DNA of 64,000 nucleotides from Gammaproteobacteria bacterium. Lineage in GTDB: Bacteria; Pseudomonadota; Gammaproteobacteria; UBA4575. The stretch lies in contig CBDCUI010000007.1 in the NCBI GenBank assembly GCA_965222615.1, forward strand, positions 384,001 to 448,000, given 5' to 3'. A model generated the notes under the pieces. The model was not told the DNA's origin. It worked only from the letters and a program-made list of their open reading frames with translations, and did no database searches. Of the stretch, positions 30,453 to 38,912 are shown piece after piece; the stretch's first letter is position 1, and every line of letters begins with the position of its first letter. The position numbers and the translations under genes were made by a program.

Positions 30453-32282
30453 ATGGCTTTTCCTTCAGCCCCGAACGCCCATGCAATTGCTATTTTGGTA
30501 CTTACCATTATCGCATTAATACTTTTTACTCGCGATCGTATCCCTTTAGAAACATCCAGTTTATTCGTCATTGCTGTCTTAGCAGTAGGTTTTGAAATCT
30601 TTCCCTATGTGCATGATGGGCATGTATTACACTCGATCGAGTTGTTTTCAGGATTTGGGCACGAGGCATTGATTGCTGTTTGCGCATTAATGATCGCAGG
30701 CCAAGGTCTAGTGCGCACCGGTGCCCTTGAACCGATCGGCCGTTCGCTTGCCAAGCTATGGCGAATTAGCCCACTTATTTCCTTGTTATTAACCCTCTTG
30801 ATCGGCGCTGCGTTAAGTGCATTTATCAACAATACACCAGTAGTCGTTTTACTGTTACCAATTTTAATTAGTGTTTCACTACGCACTAACCGTTCTCCCT
30901 CAGAAGTATTAATGCCAATGGGCTTTGCCACATTAGTGGGAGGTATGTGCACAACAATTGGCACTTCTACAAACTTATTAGTGGTTTCTGTAGCAGCAGA
31001 TTTAGGTGTAGAAAAATTTTCTATGTTTGATTTCTTATTGCCTGCAAGTATTGCATCAATTATTGGTATCGCTTACCTATGGTTAATTGCACCACGCATC
31101 GTATCTGAGCGAAACACATTGCTCGCCGATAGTTCTCCACGTGTTTTCCTCGCTCAACTACACATACCGGAAGAAAGCCGTTGCGTGAAAAAAACTTTAG
31201 CTGAGGTCATTGGTTTAACCAGTAGTGCCATGAAAGTTGAACGCATCCAACGTGGTGAAGACACTTATTTGTCTTTATTGCCGGATGTAACCATACAAGC
31301 CGGAGATCGATTATTTGTACGTGATACTCCAAAGGCTTTAAAAGAATTCGAAGAAGTCTTAGAAGCCACCTTGTATTCCAATAATGAACCCATTAGTGAA
31401 CAGGATTTACGTACCACTTCAAAACAACAACTCGCTGAAATTGTAGTTTCGCAAGGATCGCCGCTGGATAACACAACTCTGTCACGCTTACGATTTCGTG
31501 ATCGTTATAATCTTATCCCCCTAGCATTACATCATGCCGGTGAAACCATAGAAAATCTTTACTCCGGTGTGCGTGAGGTTTGGTTACGTACAGGCGATAT
31601 TATTTTAGTACAAGGCAGATCCGAGGCGATAGCACAACTAAAAAAGAGTGGCGAGCTATTGGTATTAGACTCAACAGAAGACTTACCACACACATCTAAA
31701 GCACCATTAGCTTTATGGATCATGATTGGAATCGTGGTAGCCGCTGCATTAGGAATACTGCCCATTGCAATTAGTGCAGTCTGTGGAGTGCTGCTGATGA
31801 TAGTTAGTGGATGTTTGAATTGGCGTGAAGCAACGCAGGCACTAAGTGCGCCCATTGTTTTAATCGTAGTAGCTAGTCTTGCAATGGGCTCAGCTTTAGT
31901 GATTACTGGCGGAACAGATTACTTAGCTAAAGTATTTTTATATTTAACTGCCGGCGCAAAACCTGCAGTAATTTTAAGTGGACTGATGTTGCTGATGGCA
32001 TTGCTAACAAATGTAGTATCTAACAACGCCGCCGCCGTGATAGGAACACCAGTAGCAGTCAGCATTGCTCAGCAACTCGATCAACCTGCTGTACCGTTTA
32101 TACTTGCAGTTTTATTTGGTGCAAATATGAGTTATATCACTCCAATGGCCTACAAAACTAACTTGCTGGTAATGAACGCAGGTGGTTACAAGTTCATTGA
32201 CTTTGTAAAGGTAGGCACACCGCTTACCATAATAATGTGGCTTACTTATTCATGGTTATTGCCACTTATCTATAAGCTTTAA
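30453..32282 (+). CDS. SLC13/CitT-type permease with TrkA-C domains
   Basis: SAFINNTP, TTIGTSTNL, two TrkA-C repeats and TNVVSNNA. Confidence 0.88.
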   Translation: MAFPSAPNAHAIAILVLTIIALILFTRDRIPLETSSLFVIAVLAVGFEIFPYVHDGHVLHSIELFSGFGHEALIAVCALMIAGQGLVRTGALEPIGRSLAKLWRISPLISLLLTLLIGAALSAFINNTPVVVLLLPILISVSLRTNRSPSEVLMPMGFATLVGGMCTTIGTSTNLLVVSVAADLGVEKFSMFDFLLPASIASIIGIAYLWLIAPRIVSERNTLLADSSPRVFLAQLHIPEESRCVKKTLAEVIGLTSSAMKVERIQRGEDTYLSLLPDVTIQAGDRLFVRDTPKALKEFEEVLEATLYSNNEPISEQDLRTTSKQQLAEIVVSQGSPLDNTTLSRLRFRDRYNLIPLALHHAGETIENLYSGVREVWLRTGDIILVQGRSEAIAQLKKSGELLVLDSTEDLPHTSKAPLALWIMIGIVVAAALGILPIAISAVCGVLLMIVSGCLNWREATQALSAPIVLIVVASLAMGSALVITGGTDYLAKVFLYLTAGAKPAVILSGLMLLMALLTNVVSNNAAAVIGTPVAVSIAQQLDQPAVPFILAVLFGANMSYITPMAYKTNLLVMNAGGYKFIDFVKVGTPLTIIMWLTYSWLLPLIYKL

Positions 32283-32367
32283 TATTTGAGCACACTAATA
32301 ATAATAAGAACCGCTAGCTTCAGTTATAGTAAAACTTTAGTAGTTCTATGGGCTTACGGCTTTTAGC

Positions 32368-32865
32368 ATGAATAAACGCATATTTGTAATTATTTTATTT
32401 TCACTCCTTTTACCAATGCTATTCGCATGTTCACATGCACCTAAACAAACTGAAAATAATTCTAGCAAATCAACGTATATCAAAAATGAGCCACCATCTC
32501 TCGGACAGCAAATAGCAAATTTAGCAAAATTACAAGTTGGTAAACCGTATCGATATGGTGGAGCTTCACCAAATGGCTTTGACTGTAGTGGTTTAGTGTA
32601 TTACACCCATGGAAAGTTTGGCATTAACACACCAAGGACATCATCTGCTCTTTTTAATTACGCCCGCCCGATTAAATTAAATCAACTTAATTTAGGTGAC
32701 GTGGTGTTTTTTAAAATTGACAGAAAAAAAATTTCTCACGTAGGTATTTATATTGGCAAAGGTCAATTTGTACATGCACCGAGTTCTGGCAAAAAGGTTG
32801 CCACTAATTACTTAAATGATCCCTATTGGAAAACACGTATCGTGAGTGCCGGTCGGTTGTATTAA
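32368..32865 (+). CDS. NlpC/P60 (C40) peptidase lipoprotein
   Basis: Lipobox LFAC; GKPYRYGG, FDCSGL and HVGIYIG..FVHAPS. Confidence 0.93.
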   Translation: MNKRIFVIILFSLLLPMLFACSHAPKQTENNSSKSTYIKNEPPSLGQQIANLAKLQVGKPYRYGGASPNGFDCSGLVYYTHGKFGINTPRTSSALFNYARPIKLNQLNLGDVVFFKIDRKKISHVGIYIGKGQFVHAPSSGKKVATNYLNDPYWKTRIVSAGRLY

Positions 32866-32997
32866 CTATCATTAAGCTGGTTGTGATCCACTTCAAGCTC
32901 TGCTTTATGCTATCCCCACTAATCACTGTTCAAACACCATTAATCGAGATCGCTTATTCGACATCCAGCCTGTCACCTATGATAAATGGGCCCTAAC

Positions 32998-33008
32998 TAC
33001 AAGGATGT
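32998..33008 (+). promoter_or_regulatory. CsrA/RsmA-binding-site match overlapping an RBS
   Basis: TACAAGGATGT matches the CsrA consensus RUACARGGAUGU. Confidence 0.5.
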
Positions 33009-33010
33009 GA

Positions 33011-33175
33011 ATGGGAAGTATGGAAACGGATGTCAGACAGACGGTGAGAAAAATATTTGAAGATTTGAGAAAACGTCAACCCAAAACGCGATCTAGAAAA
33101 AGTGACCGTGTAAACGTGGACCAGATCTTAAACGAATTTAATCAAAGACACCCCCACCAAGAAGATATCGATTAG
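33011..33175 (+). CDS. Small hypothetical protein (54 aa; 51 aa from ATG 33020), absent from the ORF track
   Basis: AAGGA RBS; MGSMETDVRQTVRKIFEDLRKRQPKTRSRKSDRVNVDQILNEFNQRHPHQEDID; ends just before the dsbA stop. Confidence 0.55.
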   Translation: MGSMETDVRQTVRKIFEDLRKRQPKTRSRKSDRVNVDQILNEFNQRHPHQEDID

Positions 33176-33184
33176 ATAGATTCT

Positions 33185-33895
33185 CTATTCTGCGTTATCT
33201 GCTTTTGTAGCTATCTTTGCTTCTTTCTCAGCCAAATAATTTATTAACTGCAATAAACGATCATAGCCACCTGCGTCTCCTGCTGTACTCCTATATTTAC
33301 CATCAATAATAACTGTCGGTACTGCACTTGACCCATATTGCCGTACCAATTGATTCGAGCGCTTTATTTTTGTCTCTACATAAAATGAGTCGTATGCCTT
33401 TTTAAACTCATCGGCATCAATACCATGCTGAGATAAAAAACGTGCCATTGAGTCCATGTCTCTCAGTCTTCTACCCTGTGTATGTATAGCTTCAAATATT
33501 ACAGAATGCATTTTATCGATCTCGCCCATGGTTTCTAATGCATAGTAAGCTCGCGCATGTGGAATCCAACCACGATTTAATACCGCAGGCATGCGTACAA
33601 ACTCGATATTTTCGGCTTTATTCTGCTTCCAATCCTTTAAAAATTTTTCAAATTCAAAACAATGTGGGCAGCCATACCAAAACAACTCTAAGACCTCAAC
33701 TTTGTCAGGACTGACGTCAGTAGACACAGGTGGAGAAATCTCATGGTAATGTTGACCGACTCGAAAATCATTGTGGTTGACATGGGTGTGAGAAGTCTGT
33801 TCTCCCCCATCGGCAATTGCTATTTGCAAAACCATTACCATCACAAAAACCAATGAAAGTACGGATAAAACACGAATGCGATTTGAAATAGCCAT
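33185..33895 (-). CDS. dsbA: Thiol:disulfide interchange protein DsbA
   Basis: EVLELFWYGCPHC and AVPTVIIDGKY; signal peptide. Confidence 0.93.
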   Translation of the reverse strand: MAISNRIRVLSVLSLVFVMVMVLQIAIADGGEQTSHTHVNHNDFRVGQHYHEISPPVSTDVSPDKVEVLELFWYGCPHCFEFEKFLKDWKQNKAENIEFVRMPAVLNRGWIPHARAYYALETMGEIDKMHSVIFEAIHTQGRRLRDMDSMARFLSQHGIDADEFKKAYDSFYVETKIKRSNQLVRQYGSSAVPTVIIDGKYRSTAGDAGGYDRLLQLINYLAEKEAKIATKADNAE

Positions 33896-33926
33896 AGATT
33901 TTAGGGAAGGAATTTTGGTTACTTAT

Positions 33927-33953
33927 TAAGACTATAAACGACCTATTTAGTTC
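33927..33953 (-). promoter_or_regulatory. sigmaE/AlgU-like promoter of dsbA
   Basis: Minus strand GAACTA-N16-TCTTA. Confidence 0.5.
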
Positions 33954-34008
33954 TACTTTACCGTGCCTATAGACTAGTCACATAGACACCATTTATCTGG
34001 AATTCGGC

Positions 34009-34638
34009 CTAGTGCAACCCGGCAATATATTCTGCCACCGCTTCAATTTCCTGTTCAGTCATATAACTAGCAATATCTTTCATCATATTCAAATTATCAT
34101 CGATTTGATAACGTGCCCCACTTCGATACGCACGTATTTGTGCAGCGGTATATAGCGCATGTTGACCAGCTAGACGAGGAAATTTAGCAGGAGAATTACC
34201 AACCCCGTTGGGGGCGTGACAAGACATGCATGCCGGAACCCCTGTTTCAGGATTACCCCCTCTATATATACGCTCACCGATAACATATATTTGTTCACCC
34301 TGGAATTCTTTCTCTGGATCAGCAGCACCTTTACTTGGGGCTTGACTAGAATAAAATGCCGCTAAATCCAGCATATCCTGCTCAGATAAGTTTTCGGCCT
34401 GTGGATTCATCAAAGTATTGATGCGAATTTTTTCTTTAAACAGTTGCAACTGATCAACAAGATATTTCTCACCTTGACCAGCCAGCTTCGGCCATGCGGG
34501 GTTAACGCTATTGCCATCTACACCATGACAGGCTGCACATGGAGCTGACTTTTGTTGACCAACTTTGGGATCACCTGCGGCAATAGCAGAATTCATACCC
34601 AGAAAGAAAATAACGATCAAACAACACAGCTTTTTCAT
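34009..34638 (-). CDS. Di-haem cytochrome c4
   Basis: CAACH and CMSCH, each followed by P.LAGQ; divergent from engB. Confidence 0.93.
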   Translation of the reverse strand: MKKLCCLIVIFFLGMNSAIAAGDPKVGQQKSAPCAACHGVDGNSVNPAWPKLAGQGEKYLVDQLQLFKEKIRINTLMNPQAENLSEQDMLDLAAFYSSQAPSKGAADPEKEFQGEQIYVIGERIYRGGNPETGVPACMSCHAPNGVGNSPAKFPRLAGQHALYTAAQIRAYRSGARYQIDDNLNMMKDIASYMTEQEIEAVAEYIAGLH

Positions 34639-34869
34639 GTAATAAATTCCTTACTATAAATAATATATTTTGTGTTCTATCCTAGTCTTAATTTGCTAAT
34701 GACCACAGCAAAAGCGGCTGTTTGTATACCATAAAGAACTTGTCGCCGCAAAAAATCACCTATGCCATAACTAAAGCTGAGCATTCTTGACTAAATCCCT
34801 ATAGTCTTGGAAGTTCATGAATAGCAAGAGTTGCACAATTTTAGAGAATTTTGTATTTCCATCTACATC

Positions 34870-35484
34870 ATGAGCATCTCATTTACCCAAGCACGTTTTT
34901 TAAAAAGCGCGTCATCAAAACAAGACTTTCCACAAGATAGTGGTGCTGAAATCGCTTTTTGTGGTCGCTCTAACGCAGGCAAATCGAGTGCCATTAATGC
35001 CATATGCCGCCAAAAAAACCTTGCGCGCACCAGTAAAACACCAGGACGTACGCAGTTAATCAACTTTTTTAAATTAGATGGTGATGCCTATTTAGTCGAC
35101 CTACCTGGTTATGGCTATGCCAAAGCCCCTCGTCATATTCAACAGCATTGGCATAAATTGATGGAAATTTATTTGATGAATCGCCAAGTTTTATGTGGCT
35201 TAGTTTTATCCATGGATATTCGACATCCGTTGACGGATATTGATTGGGCCATGATTCACTGGAGCAAATATTATCAATTACCCTTATATATCCTGCTAAC
35301 CAAAATTGACAAAGTGAAAAAAAATCAAATGACGAAAACCATCACTAAGGTATCTTCTGAGCTAGAACTAAACGATTTTGAATTTGGAATTCAACTGTTT
35401 TCAGCTACCAAGCATATTGGCATTCACCAGGCACAGGAAAAAATTTCTGCGTGGTTTATGCGGGCCTTAATTGATCAACATTAA
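34870..35484 (+). CDS. engB: GTP-binding protein EngB/YihA
   Basis: GRSNAGKSS, SKTPGRTQ, DLPGYG and TKID; ATG 34870 preferred. Confidence 0.96.
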   Translation: MSISFTQARFLKSASSKQDFPQDSGAEIAFCGRSNAGKSSAINAICRQKNLARTSKTPGRTQLINFFKLDGDAYLVDLPGYGYAKAPRHIQQHWHKLMEIYLMNRQVLCGLVLSMDIRHPLTDIDWAMIHWSKYYQLPLYILLTKIDKVKKNQMTKTITKVSSELELNDFEFGIQLFSATKHIGIHQAQEKISAWFMRALIDQH

Positions 35485-35491
35485 ATCAGCT

Positions 35492-35605
35492 AAAAAAGCG
35501 CCCCGGTTAAATGGGAAAAAAAACCGGGGCCAAGTAGGACTCGGTTGGGGAGCCCGAGCCTAAAACGCCCGCTAAGGGAGGGAAGCGGGTAGCGCTGTTG
35601 CGCTA
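35492..35605 (-). ncRNA. Candidate small RNA with C-rich hairpin loops (sX13/ErsA/Spot42 genomic slot)
   Basis: Four consecutive hairpins; minus-strand loops UCCCUCCCUU, CUCCCC and UUUCCCAU; last hairpin followed by U6; sigmaE promoter upstream. Confidence 0.75.
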
Positions 35606-35609
35606 TGTA

Positions 35610-35636
35610 TTAGAGGGTACTAAAGCTTAAAAGTTC
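35610..35636 (-). promoter_or_regulatory. sigmaE/AlgU promoter of the candidate sRNA
   Basis: Minus strand GAACTT-N16-TCTAA, ending about 5 nt before the first hairpin. Confidence 0.75.
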
Positions 35637-35668
35637 GCGATTTGCCTAAATAACGTGAGGTGATGCTA

Positions 35669-36034
35669 TTAAAATCGCTGCTTTACAGATACTCCATAGG
35701 CCTCCACATCTTCCTCGGGTAACTTCACACCGTGATATCTGTGCGGATCCTTGCGCAAATCATCTAGGCCATCACCTCTGTAGATCTGTAATGAAAACTT
35801 TCTTTGTTCAGAACTAGACGAATTCGCGGGACTGTCGCTGCCATACCTTGGAGAGGTATTCAAACTATAGCCCGATGGTGGTGTTATGACCGGAGTCCAA
35901 ATATATGGATGGTAAGGGTCAGTTAACGATAAATTCCCCAAATTTAAATCCAATGCCATTGCTACCTGAGCAATCGAACCCATCGAAATGACAATGGTAA
36001 ACAATAGGGCTGATTTAATGATGTTCCTTATCAT
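35669..36034 (-). CDS. Hypothetical exported protein
   Basis: ATG 36034 with AGGGA RBS, signal peptide, C-terminal beta-strand-like YGVSVKQRF. Confidence 0.65.
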   Translation of the reverse strand: MIRNIIKSALLFTIVISMGSIAQVAMALDLNLGNLSLTDPYHPYIWTPVITPPSGYSLNTSPRYGSDSPANSSSSEQRKFSLQIYRGDGLDDLRKDPHRYHGVKLPEEDVEAYGVSVKQRF

Positions 36035-36272
36035 TTTAAAATCCCTGTGTAGTGAGCCCATTGATACTAGGCTCACATTGTTCCAACTCAAAATCCTATT
36101 GACGAATGATTATATTTACCCGTCGTGAACCGGCGTATGAAGGTTGATAAAAGGCTATGGCTGATAGATGAAGCGTAGCTTTGCACTAGCAGCAAACTTC
36201 AGACTTGCGAACTCAATCACATAATATTTGCTGCTTTACCAGCTATTGAGCTTAGCTCAAATCTGGCATAGA

Positions 36273-38558
36273 TCAACTATCTTCGTAACTAATAATTTGT
36301 ATTTTATCTATTTGTTGTTTGATATCTGCATCACTAAATGGAATGGATTGAGCCTGTTTGTATAAGAACGATGAAGTGTTGTAATTTTTATTTTGAGACT
36401 CGAGGTCTGCCCAATTAAGGTAATAGCTTTTAATAATTAATAAACCCGCCTTTGCAGCTTCACTATAAGGATATCTCTTTAGTATTTTCTGATAAGCCAT
36501 TTGTGCATCAAGAAATATTTGATAGTCACGATTATTTGAAGCTAAGCCAGTTTCAATTTGTTGCAATTTTTCATTAGCTTTGGCTAAAACTATTTGAACC
36601 TCAGTTGGTTCATTTTGTGTCAGTAGCAAAAGATTTTTTCTATTAACAAAATCACTTTTTAATTTTTCTAGACCCTTTAAAGCACTCAAGGTTTTCTCAT
36701 TTTGCGGTTCAAGCATAAGTGCTTTGTTGAGAAAGCCTTTCGCACGATTTGTTTCGTCATTTTGGATATAGTAATTAGCCCAACTTATATACTTGTCGTG
36801 AATCTTTTTTATGCCTTTGAGCGCAGCAGGATGCTTGGGGGCAGTAAATAAAATAAATTGATAAGTTTCATAGGCATTATCTCCCGCTGGCGTAGTTAAT
36901 TTTTTGGCTTTGAACTGCTGGGCAGCTAGAACAAGCAATCTATCAAGCTCTTGTTCTTTACTTATAGAATCAGATTGCACTGGTATATCAGTATTATCAA
37001 CTGATAATTCATCTTCTAAAGACACCATATCAACAATGCTTTCAACTGTAGTATTTGGTTTATCTGTTTTTTCTAATGATAGCACTTTGCTTTCTTTAGT
37101 TACTGTCGCAATATCTGTAGGAATAATATTTGAATTTTTTTCTACAAGTTGTTGCTGATTGTCGATTTTCGGTTCAATATTTCCATCCTGCATACGATAA
37201 GATACTAAAAACACCGCTGTGACCACTAACGCCATCAGCGCAGAACTTATATTCCAACTTGATGATCCTTTTTTAGCAAAAAGCAACTCATGAGTTTGCT
37301 TAATCTTATTACTAAAAGTGACAATAGTTTGACGCAAAAACTTTATGATTGCATCGACCATTAAATCGTAATGTTTAAGAATCGATGCCAGCACACCTCG
37401 AGTTTTGCTGATAAGTACTTCAATCTTTGATTTAACTCTAGAGTTACTATTACGTGTCGATTCACATAGCTGTCGCGCATAATTTTTTCGCTCTATAACA
37501 AATCTTTTAACCGTATTGAATAACTTGAGCTTTTTCGCAAACAGGAAATTAGCTAGTGTAGCCGAACCAGCTGAGAATAAATTGACTGTCTGATATAGTG
37601 GTTTTTTAATTCCGTCTTTAGCCTTAATTAGTACTTGTTTAAAATTAAAGCTGTTTACATTTGGTTTAGTCTTTTGCTTCTTAGCACTTATTGATTTCGT
37701 GGATTTGAAAAAGCGATTGAAAAATGTAGTTAAAACTTGTAAAGATTTATGTTCAAAATCAGCTCTGACTTCAAATAAATTTTGATTATATGCGAGATCG
37801 CTTATATCTGATTTAGTTCTTCGCATTTTCATGCGTGTTTGTTTCGTGGGCCTAACGAAACGATTTAAAAATGTTCTTAAAGTTTGTAATGGTTTATATT
37901 CAAAATCAGCTCTGACTTCAAATAAATCCTGATTAAATTCAGATTCATTTTTATCTGATATTACTGCTTGCTGCCTATTCGAAGATATGGAACCAATGGT
38001 TTTTTTGTTCGGCACATCAATTGAAGAATGCATAATATTTTGTGCTGTAAAGTAATCTATACTTTGCAGCTTTTTTTGCAGTCCTGGTGAGCCTACCAGA
38101 ATAAACTGTACAGTATGATTCTCTGCTATATCATGCGCATTAATTTTGAACAAAGACGTAAGTTTCTCTGCAATTAAACTATCTGCATCATCGATCATCA
38201 CTACTAATTTTTTGTTCGACTTGATCGACTGAATAATATGATCAATTAATAAGCTGAAATTATGGATATAAGATTTTCTATCTCTGTTTCTTTGCAAATC
38301 AATTTTGAACTTTATCGTTTGTGTAGAGAACGATAAGTCTTTTCCTCTAACAAATATTAAATGACTATTCGTTGTAATATTTTGAGCTAATGTCGATAGC
38401 AGTCTATTTCTGCTACTTCGTTTTTTTCCTATCAGAACAATATATTTAGTCTCGCTATGCAAGGCACGCATAATTTCCATCTGTCCACTTTGTAATCGCG
38501 CAGCATCTGTTTCCGCGATAAGCGGCTTTTTGTCATAGGCTGGAAATATGGTGCTCAT
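36273..38558 (-). CDS. Degenerate ExeA-like P-loop domain, internal repeats, TM and TPR-like C-terminal helical repeats
   Basis: Walker-B-like VVMIDDAD and QFILVGSP.L, broken Walker A (IGKKRSSRN); LTTPAGDNAYETY helical module; start uncertain (38558 or 38648). Confidence 0.7.
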   Translation of the reverse strand: MSTIFPAYDKKPLIAETDAARLQSGQMEIMRALHSETKYIVLIGKKRSSRNRLLSTLAQNITTNSHLIFVRGKDLSFSTQTIKFKIDLQRNRDRKSYIHNFSLLIDHIIQSIKSNKKLVVMIDDADSLIAEKLTSLFKINAHDIAENHTVQFILVGSPGLQKKLQSIDYFTAQNIMHSSIDVPNKKTIGSISSNRQQAVISDKNESEFNQDLFEVRADFEYKPLQTLRTFLNRFVRPTKQTRMKMRRTKSDISDLAYNQNLFEVRADFEHKSLQVLTTFFNRFFKSTKSISAKKQKTKPNVNSFNFKQVLIKAKDGIKKPLYQTVNLFSAGSATLANFLFAKKLKLFNTVKRFVIERKNYARQLCESTRNSNSRVKSKIEVLISKTRGVLASILKHYDLMVDAIIKFLRQTIVTFSNKIKQTHELLFAKKGSSSWNISSALMALVVTAVFLVSYRMQDGNIEPKIDNQQQLVEKNSNIIPTDIATVTKESKVLSLEKTDKPNTTVESIVDMVSLEDELSVDNTDIPVQSDSISKEQELDRLLVLAAQQFKAKKLTTPAGDNAYETYQFILFTAPKHPAALKGIKKIHDKYISWANYYIQNDETNRAKGFLNKALMLEPQNEKTLSALKGLEKLKSDFVNRKNLLLLTQNEPTEVQIVLAKANEKLQQIETGLASNNRDYQIFLDAQMAYQKILKRYPYSEAAKAGLLIIKSYYLNWADLESQNKNYNTSSFLYKQAQSIPFSDADIKQQIDKIQIISYEDS
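37752..37927. repeat. Intragenic direct repeat, 147-bp period
   Basis: TTCAAAATCAGCTCTGACTTCAAATAAAT at 37752-37780 and 37899-37927 (LFEVRADFE twice). Confidence 0.85.
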
Positions 38559-38912
38559 ATCATCTTGATCAAAAATACTATTATCAGTATTCAATGATAT
38601 AGGAAATTGCAAAAAAATAATCAGATTACTGATTGTATAAATTTGCAAAAACTATGAAAAAATGTTTAAAAAGTGAATTGGCCTAAAAAATTATATGGAA
38701 ATAAATTCCCCTTCAAAAATTCTGGGTAATCGTTTTACGATTTGTTTAAATTTATTTTATCTGGCTCTATTTGGTATTTAATGAAGCAAGTAACATTTTC
38801 GAATATTAGTAATCATAAAAATCAAGTTTTTTGTTAAGAATAAAAGTAGAAATAGAAAGCGATGCTAACTGACAACTTTACATTCGCGTATCAGATAGAT
38901 TTATAACAAGAT

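Noticed and set aside
35492-35605. Plus-strand CsrB/RsmZ-like GGA-loop RNA
   Set aside because: Promoter and U-tail both lie on the minus strand, so the C-rich reading is preferred; the end hairpin may still terminate engB
36035-36272. Riboswitch upstream of the 35669-36034 gene
   Set aside because: Hairpins exist (GTGAGCC/GGCTCAC; AGCAGCAAA/TTTGCTGCT) but no aptamer consensus that I recognise
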